Shown: positions 38,802-49,743 of the stretch, piece by piece
How positions within the stretch are numbered: position 1 is the stretch's first letter
Layout: each line of letters begins with the position of its first letter
Origin: a virus
Lineage: Duplodnaviria; Caudoviricetes
Direction: 5' to 3' (one strand)
DNA: 58,083 bases
IMG/VR virus record: IMGVR_UViG_3300024344_000012
Coordinates: 1-58,083 of that record
The notes under the pieces: generated by a model
Seen by the model: the letters and a program-made list of their open reading frames with translations, nothing else
What the model was told of the DNA's origin: nothing
The model's database searches: none
Made by a program: the position numbers and the translations under genes

Positions 38802-39964
38802 TGTTATATATACTTACATTACATTTAGGTGATAAGTGGATTGATATACAAAAAAGACAAATAGAAAGATTTATTTCAGAACCATATAAGGTTTATGCAA
38901 GATTAGGAGACCAACCTGGATTAGATGGGTGGAAATATGAAAAAGATGTTCCGAGTGGTAAGTATACTGACACCACAGTAGTTTATGATAAACACAAAGA
39001 TAAGTTTGATGGTGCTATACCAGGTGCACAACATTGGGTACATTCAATGGGTAAACTTATAGATTATCTTGTGATGAATCAAGAATTAAAACCAACAGAC
39101 CAAATATTATTATTAGATTCAGATGCTTTTCCAATAGCACCTATATCAGATTTTTTAACTGAAAGGTTAAAAGAGTATCCATTTATATCAGCACAAGAAC
39201 CAATGCATGAATGGGATAGAGATCCATTGTATTATATACCACATCCAATGTTTATGATGTTTGAAGCTAAACATATATTAGAAGATAATTTAACTGATTA
39301 TCTTAGACAATTTATTCAAGATAAAAATAATAATTGGTGGGGTGGAGTCATACAATGGTTATCAGAACGTAAATACAAATATTATGCATTGACAAGAACT
39401 AATAAGGTTAATTTACATCCATTATATTTTGCAATTTATGATAATCTGGTTTATCATCATTGGGCAGGTTCAAGAAATATGATTACCAGACCAGATAGAC
39501 TTAGAGTTGGACAAAAGAGTGAAGAGAAACCGTCAAAAAATCAAAAGGAACAACTTGATAAAATAGCACTGGAAAATTCTAAGATGTCAGACGCGGTTTT
39601 TGAAAAAATAGAAGATGAAAAAGAAATTGATAAAATGATGGAGTATTTTAAAGGTGCATATGGTACTCCTGAACAACAAGCTACTCGATCAGGTAGTGAA
39701 TTAGGATGGTCTCAAACACCTAAAGAAAAAGAGAAAAAGACTATGAAGAATCTTGAGTCAAGTGTAACTAAACAAGGGAAGTACGTAACTCAGATTATAC
39801 ACTTTAAGGGTGGTTATAGAAAAACAATTAGAAACATAGATACAGATACTATTGAACAAGGACAATTTACTAAGTTCTTTACTAAAGAGGGTCGTATGAT
39901 ATTGATACACGATCCTAATGTATTAATGCTTGAAGTATTTCAGGAGGAAGAAAATGAAGATTAG
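38801..39964 (+). CDS. GT-A-like protein with an appended C-terminal beta domain
   Basis: LLLDSDAFP (DxD), YHHWAGSR; probable separate domain from M at 39743. Confidence 0.55.
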   Translation: MLYILTLHLGDKWIDIQKRQIERFISEPYKVYARLGDQPGLDGWKYEKDVPSGKYTDTTVVYDKHKDKFDGAIPGAQHWVHSMGKLIDYLVMNQELKPTDQILLLDSDAFPIAPISDFLTERLKEYPFISAQEPMHEWDRDPLYYIPHPMFMMFEAKHILEDNLTDYLRQFIQDKNNNWWGGVIQWLSERKYKYYALTRTNKVNLHPLYFAIYDNLVYHHWAGSRNMITRPDRLRVGQKSEEKPSKNQKEQLDKIALENSKMSDAVFEKIEDEKEIDKMMEYFKGAYGTPEQQATRSGSELGWSQTPKEKEKKTMKNLESSVTKQGKYVTQIIHFKGGYRKTIRNIDTDTIEQGQFTKFFTKEGRMILIHDPNVLMLEVFQEEENED

Positions 39965-41099
39965 AGATACAATGTTACCTGTATTAAGACCTCTTGGTGG
40001 AGAAGAAGAAGTACAAGCACTTAGAGAAGTGATTGAAAGTGGTTGGTGGGGAAAAGGTCCTAAAGTAGCAGAGTTTGAAGAAAAGTTTGCTGAGATGGTT
40101 GGTGCTAAATATGCAGTAGCTGTAACATCGGCTTCACATGGACAAGACTTAGTTATGAAAGCTAAGGGATTTAAGGGAATAGATGTCATCAATCCTACTA
40201 TGTCGTTTATAGCAACTGCACAAATTCCACTATGGAATGATTGTACAACTAATATTGTTGATGTTCAAGAGTGGGATTTGAATATTGATCCTCAAGATGT
40301 TAAAGATAGATTAAAAAGAAATTCAGATTGTTTAATAGCAGTTAACATGGCTGGTATTCCTGCACCTATAGATGAGATTAGAGAGTTCTATGATGGTTTC
40401 ATTATAGAAGATACTGCTCATAGTTGTTATACAGAGGGAGCTGGTAAGAAAGGTGATTGTGCAGTTTGGTCATTTCAAGCAGTAAAGACAATGCCTTGTG
40501 GTGATGGTGGTATGATTACAACTGATGACTATGACTTATATTGTAAAGTAAAAGATATGACTTGGTTTGGTGTATCTTCTACTTGGAGTAGAGCTCAAGG
40601 TCAAAGTGGTAAGCCAGGTTATGCATGGGATTATCAAGTAGAGATTCTTGGTTACAAATATTATATGATTGATATTATGGCAGCTATATGTTTAGAACAA
40701 ATGAAGAAACTACCTGGTCACTTAGATAAACGTCAACATATTCAAAATCAATACAATGAAAGATTGTTTAGTGAAATCAAGAGACCACCACATTCAGATA
40801 CAGTTCAGTATTATATTGCTAGAGTGCCAGAATATAGAAGTTATGCTCCTGATATGAGTGGTGGTATAACTGCAAGTAGAGACGGTTTAATTGATTATTT
40901 AGCTGATAAGAATATTCATACTTCAGTTCATTTTAAACCATTACATAAGTATGGTATTTTAAGACAGTCCAATTACAGAGATTATCCTGTAGCAGATAGT
41001 ATTTGGGAGTCTTTAATCAGTCTACCTTGTCATCCTGCTATGACAGATGAAGACATAGACTATGTTATATATTGGGTTAACAAATACTTTGAGGATTAA
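39954..41099 (+). CDS. DegT/DnrJ/EryC1/StrS PLP-dependent sugar aminotransferase
   Basis: GPKV.EFE, IIEDTAHS, WSFQAVK...GDGGM, SLPCHP.M. Confidence 0.92.
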   Translation: MKIRDTMLPVLRPLGGEEEVQALREVIESGWWGKGPKVAEFEEKFAEMVGAKYAVAVTSASHGQDLVMKAKGFKGIDVINPTMSFIATAQIPLWNDCTTNIVDVQEWDLNIDPQDVKDRLKRNSDCLIAVNMAGIPAPIDEIREFYDGFIIEDTAHSCYTEGAGKKGDCAVWSFQAVKTMPCGDGGMITTDDYDLYCKVKDMTWFGVSSTWSRAQGQSGKPGYAWDYQVEILGYKYYMIDIMAAICLEQMKKLPGHLDKRQHIQNQYNERLFSEIKRPPHSDTVQYYIARVPEYRSYAPDMSGGITASRDGLIDYLADKNIHTSVHFKPLHKYGILRQSNYRDYPVADSIWESLISLPCHPAMTDEDIDYVIYWVNKYFED

Positions 41100-41504
41100 A
41101 TGAGACTATCTAACATAGATACGTTATCAGCATATTTCGATAGACTGATAACAGAGAATATTAAGTTGTATTTCTTCAAGAAAGAGAAAGACTTACAGAA
41201 GATACATCATCAAGAAGTAGCTATTGATATGATAAAAGAGAAGATATCACAATTGTTACAAGAATCCTTTGAATCAGGTGAATATCAATACGTTGGTGAG
41301 AAGAGAACTTTTGATTCAAGTTCTATCGTAGAAGAGTTGGAAGATTTGATAACCAATGATATTCATATTGGTGAATCAGATAGAGCTAGACTAAAAGTTG
41401 TACTGATGGAAGAGAAAAGATTAAGAAAATCAAATGAGGGTAGAGCTAACAATAAGAATAAGATAGATATTTTATTTAAGGATATGGTTGAGGTAAAAAA
41501 ATGA
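41100..41504 (+). CDS. Small helical protein, DUF4254-like, paralogue 1
   Basis: TLSAYFDRL...N..R..NK.KID. Confidence 0.45.
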   Translation: MRLSNIDTLSAYFDRLITENIKLYFFKKEKDLQKIHHQEVAIDMIKEKISQLLQESFESGEYQYVGEKRTFDSSSIVEELEDLITNDIHIGESDRARLKVVLMEEKRLRKSNEGRANNKNKIDILFKDMVEVKK

Positions 41505-42520
41505 ATGTTTTAATAACAGGAGTAGCAGGATTACTTGGTTCAAGACTAGCAGATTGGATATTAAAGAATACTGATTTTAATGTCATTGGTATTGATGATT
41601 TAAGTGGTGGTTACAAAGAGAATATTCCAAGTGAAGTAAAATGTTATTATCAAAATTTATCAACTGCTAACTTAGATAGTATCTTTGAAGAACACAAGAT
41701 AGATATCATCTATCACTTTGCAGCATACGCTGCTGAGGGTTTGAGTCCATTCATTCGAAAATACAACTATCAGAATAATTTATTAGCATCTACAAATTTA
41801 ATCAATCACGCAATCAAACATGATGTTCAGAGATTTGTATTTGCAAGTTCAATGTCAGTATATGGTAACATATATAATCCACCATTTTCAGAAGAGTTGA
41901 CACCACGACCAATCGATCCTTATGGTATAGCAAAGTATGCAGTTGAACAAGATTTAAGAGTAGCATACGAACAACATAAACTACCTTACACAATAGTTAG
42001 ACCACATAACTTCTATGGTAAAAATCAAAACATATGGGATAAGTACAGAAATGTATTAGGTATTTGGATGTGGCAAATAATCAATGGTTATTCACCAACA
42101 ATATTTGGTAATGGTTCTCAAGTCAGAGCATTTAGTTATGTAGATGATTCTTTAGTTCCATTTTGGAATGCAAGTCAAAAGGATGAGTGTGTTGGTGAGA
42201 TAATAAACTTAGGTGGTATTCATGAAGTCAGTATTCAAGAAGCATGTGATACTCTACTAAAGGTTACAGAAACAGACTTACAACCCGATTACCACGAAAT
42301 GAGACACGAAGCACATTATGCATATTCCACTTGGGATAAGTCAGTAAGAATGTTAGGGTTTGAACATAAGACAAGTCTTGAAGATGGATTAGCAAAGATG
42401 TGGAAATGGGCACAGAAACAACCAAACAGAGATAGATTTGTTTGGAAAGAATATGAATTAGAAAAAGGGATTTATTCCTATTGGAAAAATGAAGAAGATA
42501 GTAATAGCACCAATCTTTAA
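41501..42520 (+). CDS. NAD-dependent nucleotide-sugar epimerase/dehydratase
   Basis: TGVAGLLG, SSMSVYG, YGIAK, RPHNFYG. Confidence 0.92.
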   Translation: MNVLITGVAGLLGSRLADWILKNTDFNVIGIDDLSGGYKENIPSEVKCYYQNLSTANLDSIFEEHKIDIIYHFAAYAAEGLSPFIRKYNYQNNLLASTNLINHAIKHDVQRFVFASSMSVYGNIYNPPFSEELTPRPIDPYGIAKYAVEQDLRVAYEQHKLPYTIVRPHNFYGKNQNIWDKYRNVLGIWMWQIINGYSPTIFGNGSQVRAFSYVDDSLVPFWNASQKDECVGEIINLGGIHEVSIQEACDTLLKVTETDLQPDYHEMRHEAHYAYSTWDKSVRMLGFEHKTSLEDGLAKMWKWAQKQPNRDRFVWKEYELEKGIYSYWKNEEDSNSTNL

Positions 42521-43439
42521 CGATACACATCTTGTAAAGTTACAGATACCAAACATAATTAAATCAATTAATCCTGATTATATCTTATATAATGAGGGTA
42601 TGTTTCCAAGTGGTCCTGAAAGTACTACTAACGTAGATAATGATTTTGTAAACAAATATACTTTAGATGGTAAACGTGGTTTTGATTATGAAGAACTACA
42701 AGATGTTATTTCAGATGCACAAAAGAAATACAAAGATACAAAGATAATGTTGAATACTATGGATTACCAATCTACAGATGCACCAACTAACTATTATCAT
42801 GGTTGTAGTAATTTTAGTGATTTTGGTATAGAGATAGAAGAGGGTGATTTGATATTCCCGTATGAGGGAGATGTATTTCATCACGAAGATGATGCTGATA
42901 CAATAGAAGAAGCTTGTAATAAGTTAGAACCAAATCAAGGGTTGAAAACTATTTGGGTTGACTTCATAGCAAATCAATACTATGCAGAGGAGAAGACATT
43001 AAAACCATTCTTCAAAGCTGAGACAGGTAGACAAAGAAGATTTGTTATCAAATATGGAACTGATGATTATTATAAAGATGTGTTATTGAATTTTATGACA
43101 CAAAAGTATCCTATGTTAGAAGACTTAGAAATGATAACCTATCATTATGCATGGTTCAGACCTGGTAAGTACGCTGAGATGAGACTTGCACAACTAAATA
43201 GAAATCCAGAATATTGGAACTTCTTCTTGAGTTCAATGTCAAAAGTTCCTGAGTTTAAGTATAAGAGAATAAGAGTTAGACCTAATCCACCATTAGATCC
43301 TAACTTAACTCATGCTTGGATAAGGTTTTGTGATTTCGATCATCCCGAAGATATTAAATCACATCCAAATTATATAGAACCATTGGATGAATACCAAATA
43401 GATAAAATATTGGTAGAGAGTGAAGAACACTTTGGCTAA
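42489..43439 (+). CDS. GT-A-like glycosyltransferase
   Basis: EG, EGDVF (DxD-like), YHYAWFR. Confidence 0.5.
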   Translation: MKKIVIAPIFNDTHLVKLQIPNIIKSINPDYILYNEGMFPSGPESTTNVDNDFVNKYTLDGKRGFDYEELQDVISDAQKKYKDTKIMLNTMDYQSTDAPTNYYHGCSNFSDFGIEIEEGDLIFPYEGDVFHHEDDADTIEEACNKLEPNQGLKTIWVDFIANQYYAEEKTLKPFFKAETGRQRRFVIKYGTDDYYKDVLLNFMTQKYPMLEDLEMITYHYAWFRPGKYAEMRLAQLNRNPEYWNFFLSSMSKVPEFKYKRIRVRPNPPLDPNLTHAWIRFCDFDHPEDIKSHPNYIEPLDEYQIDKILVESEEHFG

Positions 43440-44184
43440 AAATATTATATTCATTCCTTGTGTACCATCAAAACACTTATCAGACGTAGACAATTATAAA
43501 GAGTTATCTTTAAGTACTTGGAGACATTATGCAAATAGGATAGGTGCTGAGTTGATGGTAATGGATACACCACTAAGAAACCCTGATGAAATGAAAATTA
43601 CTTGGCAGAGATGGTATGTTCACGATATATTAGAAAGTAATAATGTAGAATACGATAACATTTTTATGGTTGATGTAGATACAATGATACATTGGAACGC
43701 ACCAAACATATTTGAAGAGTGTGCAAATGGTAAGTTCAGAGCTTGTGTTGATAATGATAACTTAGGTTGGTTGAAAGAGAGTATAGAGGGATATCAACAT
43801 ATGTTTCCTGATACAAAGGTTGATTGGGAAACTTACTTTAATTGTGGTATTATACTGATGAACAAAGGACACAAAGATTTATGTAAAACTATAACATCAT
43901 TTTATGAGACAAATGAAAAACACATATTAGATCTACAACACAAGACACTAAAGAAAGGTTCAGACCAAACACCTGTAAACTACATGGTAAATAGAGATGT
44001 GGAGTTTGAGTTGATGTCAAAGAGATGGAATCTAACTCATATGATGAGAAAAGAAATATTGAATTACTTTATGTTTGTAGATACTGCTTGGTTGTGGCAT
44101 TTCAATGGATTTGAAAAGACTATGAGAACACAAGTGATGCAAGCATATTGGGAACACTTTGGAAAGAACTATGAAATTAAATAA
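43420..44184 (+). CDS. GT8/GT34-like glycosyltransferase
   Basis: WQR, VDVDT, YFNCG, DQTPVN, WN, HFNG. Confidence 0.8.
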   Translation: MKNTLAKNIIFIPCVPSKHLSDVDNYKELSLSTWRHYANRIGAELMVMDTPLRNPDEMKITWQRWYVHDILESNNVEYDNIFMVDVDTMIHWNAPNIFEECANGKFRACVDNDNLGWLKESIEGYQHMFPDTKVDWETYFNCGIILMNKGHKDLCKTITSFYETNEKHILDLQHKTLKKGSDQTPVNYMVNRDVEFELMSKRWNLTHMMRKEILNYFMFVDTAWLWHFNGFEKTMRTQVMQAYWEHFGKNYEIK

Positions 44185-45172
44185 AAAATATATAATCGGA
44201 ACACACGTAATGTTCTATGAAATTGATATGGTTGGGGAGTTCGTAGATAGTTGTGTAAATTCATTAGAGGTTATAGACAATAAAGAGAATGTTAAGTTTC
44301 ACTTCTGTCTTAATCTATCTGAGTATTTTGAGAAGTTTGATAACCCTACAAGAAAAGATGAGATTGTGGATAAGTGGATAGCTATACAAAAACACTTAAA
44401 AGCTTATGGTGTAGAAGTAGAGACAGAATATTATGAAGATAACGACAAACCATATTTTATCGGTGATTATCGTAGAGACTTGAACTATAATAACTGTATG
44501 GATTATGACTTAATCATATGGGGTGAGTCAGATTGTTTGATGCCAAGAGAATTATTCCCATCATTAGAACAAGTCAGTCAGTATGCTGAATCACAAAACA
44601 TAAACAAGTATGTTGCAACTTATGGTGTTAGAAAGATGTGGGATGACAGTTGGAAGATACTACAACATCCTAAGTTTGATAACTCTACCTATCACGAAAT
44701 GCACCATAACACTTGGCAAGACGATCCTTCAAGTATATGGTACACTATGAACGTAGATGAAATGAATGCAATAAATGATGAGACTGAAGCAGTAGATTTA
44801 AGAATGATTAGATATCCAAGATTCGATGGTAGTGGATTAGTTATATCTACAGACTTGATTAAAAATGGTTGTAATGTTCCACATGGTGTTTGGTCGTGTG
44901 GTGAAGATACAGGTTTTCAGAATGTAACTCAGCAGATAATGGGACCTGCATTTGTTCAGTTTATAATTAGAAACTTATTAAAGGTTCACAACAGAAATCA
45001 TCCACTAAAAAGAGAATATGTAAAGGGTGAAAAAGATATGAAGACTAACAAGGAAAAGAGAAAATCCAATAGCAAATGGATGAGTAATCACGAAACTTGT
45101 CAGTATAATTTAGATAATGTATTAGGACAAAATCAAAACAAATTTAAAAAATTAGGAGAAGACAATGGCTAA
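44171..45172 (+). CDS. GT-A-like glycosyltransferase
   Basis: WGESDC, DGSGL, GEDTGF, KVHNR. Confidence 0.5.
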   Translation: MKLNKKYIIGTHVMFYEIDMVGEFVDSCVNSLEVIDNKENVKFHFCLNLSEYFEKFDNPTRKDEIVDKWIAIQKHLKAYGVEVETEYYEDNDKPYFIGDYRRDLNYNNCMDYDLIIWGESDCLMPRELFPSLEQVSQYAESQNINKYVATYGVRKMWDDSWKILQHPKFDNSTYHEMHHNTWQDDPSSIWYTMNVDEMNAINDETEAVDLRMIRYPRFDGSGLVISTDLIKNGCNVPHGVWSCGEDTGFQNVTQQIMGPAFVQFIIRNLLKVHNRNHPLKREYVKGEKDMKTNKEKRKSNSKWMSNHETCQYNLDNVLGQNQNKFKKLGEDNG

Positions 45173-45572
45173 ACAGAGAAAGTTCTTACCAACATTAGGT
45201 GAACTAATAGATAGACTTAGCATACATCAGTTAAAGGAAGTTTTCATACCAGAGAACAAAAAGAACTATGCTAAAGAGATGAGTGATATGGTTCATGATA
45301 TAGATATGTTATTGAAAGAACACAAAGGTAAATTGACAGGTGATGTTATCAGAGCTATAGTTGTTCTATCACAAATGAATGCACACATTTGGTATAATGA
45401 ATCACAAGTTCGTAAGGGTGAAAAGGGTTCAGATAATCTTATGTTAACTCATGGATTGAATGGTATTAGAAATACTGCTATAAATAAAATTATGGAAGTA
45501 GTTGGTGGTAGAAAAGATTACAAAGTAGATTGTATAGCATCAGAATTTAAAGATTGGGATGTAAGTTGGTAA
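45165..45572 (+). CDS. Small helical protein, DUF4254-like, paralogue 2
   Basis: TLGELIDRLSI..LK, N..IW.NE..R, NGIRN...NKI. Confidence 0.5.
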   Translation: MAKQRKFLPTLGELIDRLSIHQLKEVFIPENKKNYAKEMSDMVHDIDMLLKEHKGKLTGDVIRAIVVLSQMNAHIWYNESQVRKGEKGSDNLMLTHGLNGIRNTAINKIMEVVGGRKDYKVDCIASEFKDWDVSW

Positions 45573-47263
45573 AAGTTTCCATAATAGGAAAAGGTTATTG
45601 GGGATCAGTTATTGATAAAAATATCAATGATATGGTGGAGTACGTAGAACCAAACGATGCAGATTGGATTATCATATCTACACCAAATGATTTACATAAC
45701 GAACAAGTGGAGTATTGGTTAAGTCAAAGAAAGAACGTATTCTGTGAAAAACCATTGACTTTGACTAAACGAAGTGCTGAATCATTATTCTCTCTTGCTG
45801 ATTTCTTTGGTGTTAAACTGTACGTTGATGATGTGTTTAGTTGGAGAAAAGAAGATGAATTTATAATTGAAGATACCAACAAATTTATTTGGAAGAAACC
45901 AAATCAAAAAGATAAAAATTATATTGATAGATTAGCATACCACCATTTTTATATGTGGGTTGGTGATGATGATATTGATGTAAAAAGTATTACAGGTGAT
46001 TTAAATAACTTTGAGATAGAATTAGAAGATGGTAGAGTTGCAGAGTTTTCTTATGGTAATAGTAGAGCAGTAACACATACTATTAATAAACACGACATGA
46101 CGTATAGTGCTGATAGTCCACTAAGAACAATGTTTGAGTTTGTATTTTCAAATGCAGGTGATTATGAATTGAACAGAAAGATGACACTAAACGCAATCAA
46201 ACTATCTGAAATAGTTAAGAAAGAGTTTTATCCAAAAGTGTTAGTAGTAGGTGGTGGGATATTTGGAACTACAGCTAGTATAGCATTAGCAACATCAGGT
46301 TTCAATGTAACTTTGCACGAAGAGTTAAACCATCTAATAATGGCAGCATCCGATATAAATCAATACAGGTTACATAGAGGATACCACTATCCAAGAAGTA
46401 AACAGACTGCACAAGAATGTTTAGATGGATTGAAATCGTTTAAGAGAAAGTATGGAGATAGTGTAGTCAACGGAGATGGTGTAAATCATTTTTATGCTAT
46501 ATCATCTCGTGATTCATTGGTATCAAGTGAAGATTATATAAAGTTTGTAAAAGAAATGGGATTAGATTATAATATATGTGAACCATTTCTTGGAACAGAT
46601 TTAACTGTTGAAGTAAATGAAGAATTATTTGATAGTGATAAACTTAGAGTGCAAGTTATACAAAAGATAAAAGGTGCTGGTGTAAAAGTAGTTCGTGGTA
46701 AGAAGACTACAGAAGAAGATTTCAAAGATTTTGATTATATCGTGATTGCTGCATATGCAAAGATTAATGATTTAGTAGATGAACCAATACAATATCAGTA
46801 TGAAGTGGTTGAGAAGCCTGTAGTTAAATTGCCAGAACAATATAAGAATAAAAGTGTAGTTGTAATGGATGGACCTTTTATGTGTCTCGATCCATATAAA
46901 GATGGATATCACGTTTTAGGACACGTTGAACACGCAATACATTCTACTAATGTAGGACATTATCCGATGGTGTTAAATAAATATATTGCTGCTTATATCA
47001 ATACTGGTATTGTTCATGAACCACACGTTACTAAGATAAATAAGTTCATAGAAGCTGGTATGGAATTCTTTGAAGACTTCGATAAGTTAGAACACATTGG
47101 TTCTATGTTTACTATCAGAACTGTATTACCATATAGAGATGAAGATGATGCAAGACCAACTATTGTTAATCAAGTAGCTCACAATGTTTATACTATATTT
47201 TCAGGTAAGATAGGAACTTGTGTTGAAGCAGCTAATAAATTAGTAGAAAGATTACAAGCTTGA
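45566..47263 (+). CDS. Fusion: Gfo/Idh/MocA NAD oxidoreductase + FAD-dependent oxidoreductase
   Basis: IIGKGYWG, STP..LH, FCEKP; second Rossmann VVGGGIFG, RLHRGYHYPRS, SGKI. Confidence 0.8.
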   Translation: MVKVSIIGKGYWGSVIDKNINDMVEYVEPNDADWIIISTPNDLHNEQVEYWLSQRKNVFCEKPLTLTKRSAESLFSLADFFGVKLYVDDVFSWRKEDEFIIEDTNKFIWKKPNQKDKNYIDRLAYHHFYMWVGDDDIDVKSITGDLNNFEIELEDGRVAEFSYGNSRAVTHTINKHDMTYSADSPLRTMFEFVFSNAGDYELNRKMTLNAIKLSEIVKKEFYPKVLVVGGGIFGTTASIALATSGFNVTLHEELNHLIMAASDINQYRLHRGYHYPRSKQTAQECLDGLKSFKRKYGDSVVNGDGVNHFYAISSRDSLVSSEDYIKFVKEMGLDYNICEPFLGTDLTVEVNEELFDSDKLRVQVIQKIKGAGVKVVRGKKTTEEDFKDFDYIVIAAYAKINDLVDEPIQYQYEVVEKPVVKLPEQYKNKSVVVMDGPFMCLDPYKDGYHVLGHVEHAIHSTNVGHYPMVLNKYIAAYINTGIVHEPHVTKINKFIEAGMEFFEDFDKLEHIGSMFTIRTVLPYRDEDDARPTIVNQVAHNVYTIFSGKIGTCVEAANKLVERLQA

Positions 47264-48141
47264 TGGAAAAAGTTTTCTTATGTGGTTGTAGTTATGTTTG
47301 GAATATGTATGATTACATACAACATCATACTTGTTCTGAAAAACCTGATCCTTTATCAGGAGATAATCCATATCAAAATATTGGTTGTACTTGCAATAGA
47401 GTGAAAAATATTAGTTCTATTACTGTACCATCACATGCTTATCACGAACATGGTTATAAACAATATCCAACGAGTCAGTTAGATACTATAAAATATACTA
47501 ACATGGCGGATACAGGAACAAGTAATGAAAATATGGTTAGAAAAATTATAGAAGTTGTTTCAGAGATAGGATTAGATAATTTTGATGATACTGTTTTTTA
47601 TGTGGGATGGACTGATTTTGTTAGATTTGAAGTATATAATAATCTTAAAGAGAAATATATGAGAATGGGTCTTGAAAAACAAGCTTGGTCTGATACTAAA
47701 CATTGGAGATATCATATGAAATATTATCTAAATCAAAGTGATATGTTTAGGAAATATTTAGAACAAATTATTTTTTTACAATCATTTTTTAATGACAATG
47801 ATATAAAATATGTATTTTTTGATTCGTTGGATAATTTATTAAGTTCATATGCTAAAAAATATAGAGAAAAATATAAAAAAATATTTTCGATGATAGATTT
47901 AGATAAATGGGCAATAGGAGATACTCGTCGTTTATCATCACGTGCAAAGTTTGATGGAAAAACACGTTATAGTGTAGAGAGTTGGAAAGAAGATAAAAAT
48001 TATTATTCTTTTCAAAGTTATTTAAATAGTATTGAAAAGTATGTAAGAGGAAACAAACATAAATATTGGAAAGATGATGGACACCCAAACAGTTTAGGAT
48101 GTAAGGAGTGGTTTAAAGTTTTAAACAGGATAGCTCAATGA
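47263..48141 (+). CDS. SGNH/GDSL-like hydrolase, paralogue 2
   Basis: CGCSY, NMADTGTSN, VGWT..RFE, DGHPN. Confidence 0.65.
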   Translation: MEKVFLCGCSYVWNMYDYIQHHTCSEKPDPLSGDNPYQNIGCTCNRVKNISSITVPSHAYHEHGYKQYPTSQLDTIKYTNMADTGTSNENMVRKIIEVVSEIGLDNFDDTVFYVGWTDFVRFEVYNNLKEKYMRMGLEKQAWSDTKHWRYHMKYYLNQSDMFRKYLEQIIFLQSFFNDNDIKYVFFDSLDNLLSSYAKKYREKYKKIFSMIDLDKWAIGDTRRLSSRAKFDGKTRYSVESWKEDKNYYSFQSYLNSIEKYVRGNKHKYWKDDGHPNSLGCKEWFKVLNRIAQ

Positions 48142-48926
48142 AGAATGTAGTATTTATACCAAATATTGATTTAGGAAATGGTAGGTCGACACCTTATCAT
48201 TACTCAGTAAAGAGTTGGCAGACATGGTGTGATAAACACGATGTTAAGTTAGTTGAGTGGACTGAACCTATTATGGATCACAATAACTTTCCAATTATAT
48301 ATCAGAGAGAATGGGTGTTTGATATATTAGAACATAACGATGTAGATTATAATCAAGTGTTAATCATAGATGCAGATACTATAGTTCATCCTGATTGTCC
48401 TAACTTCTTTGAAAGAACTAACCACGAATATACTGCTGTAGTTAATAATGGTTGCTTTGAATGGGTTACAAGAAGTATAAATGCATGGGGACATTATATG
48501 TTTCCTGATGTAGAGAAGCCAAAGGTATGGGAGTATTTCAATACAGGTTTTATCATAGCTAACAAGGAACACAAATCATTTTTCAAAACAATACAAGAGT
48601 TCTATTTAGAAAATGTAGATAGATTGTATGAAATCAGAAACAAAGAAAAGTATGATGGATTACCCATACCTGGAGTAGGACAGACTTGTGTAAACTTCTT
48701 AGTAAAACAACACGATATAAAAGTAAACTATCTACCAGAGAGATTTAACTTAACAGATTTATTTAGAAAGAATATGTTACATATACCAGGTCACAATGAT
48801 TGGTCTAAAGATGAGTTAATATACAAAGATACAGGTTATATATTTCATTTCAATGCTATACCGAAGAATGAAAGACACGCAGAGTATTGGATGAAGAGAA
48901 CTTATGAGGAATGGTATGATGGTTAA
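48138..48926 (+). CDS. GT8/GT34-like glycosyltransferase (paralogue of 43420..44184)
   Basis: YQR, IDADT, YFNTG, GQTCVN, FN, HFNA. Confidence 0.8.
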   Translation: MKNVVFIPNIDLGNGRSTPYHYSVKSWQTWCDKHDVKLVEWTEPIMDHNNFPIIYQREWVFDILEHNDVDYNQVLIIDADTIVHPDCPNFFERTNHEYTAVVNNGCFEWVTRSINAWGHYMFPDVEKPKVWEYFNTGFIIANKEHKSFFKTIQEFYLENVDRLYEIRNKEKYDGLPIPGVGQTCVNFLVKQHDIKVNYLPERFNLTDLFRKNMLHIPGHNDWSKDELIYKDTGYIFHFNAIPKNERHAEYWMKRTYEEWYDG

Positions 48927-49743
48927 ATATAATGTTTTAGGTGATGGTAAATATAATTTTATATTACAGAATAAATTAGGTTCTACTACATTAAGAAATT
49001 ATATAGGAGATTTAAAAGAATATGAAATTGAATTTTATAATAATGATTTACCAATTATAGTTCCATTTAGAATGCCCTGGAATAGATTTCTTTCAGGACA
49101 AGTTCAAGATTTTATGGATTTAATAGTTGAAGATAATGATATATATGCTATTGGAGCTGACGATAGTAAAATACATATTTTAAGTATAAATAAAAAAGAA
49201 TCAAAATATTTTAAATTATTTCTTGAAAAGTTACATGAAGGATCTTATGTTAATGAAGTAAAAGTTAATGATATAACGGATGTTGGTTTTTCAATATGCT
49301 CACAAATGTTTAATGAATCTTCCAATCACGAATGGTGGTTTGATGGTCATACTTGGCCGAATGACTTATTAGTAAGACAATATAATGAAGCAAAAAGAAC
49401 AGGTAAGATACGTTTTGTACTTTTAAGAGATTTATCAGAAGTAATTAAAGCTCTTTTTGGTATAGAAATACCACCCTCAGATATCCGTTTTCGAAGACTT
49501 CGTGATCGTCAAAAAATTATTATAGATCATACGAATACTAAGAAATATATTAGACTTCAACTACTCAATATAAATAAAACTTATGGTAATAAAATAAAAG
49601 GTGGTTTTTTATTTGCAGACAATATTAATGAGATGAGTCTTAAACCAAGTGAAAAAATAATATTTCGTGAAATTATTAGATTAGAAGAATATTATTATGA
49701 GAAGATTATAGAAGACGGTGTAAAGTGGTGGGAAAATGTTTGA
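48918..49743 (+). CDS. Sulfotransferase (Sulfotransfer_2-like)
   Basis: 5'-PSB KLGSTT, 3'-PB R.PWNRFLS, DGH..P. Confidence 0.6.
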
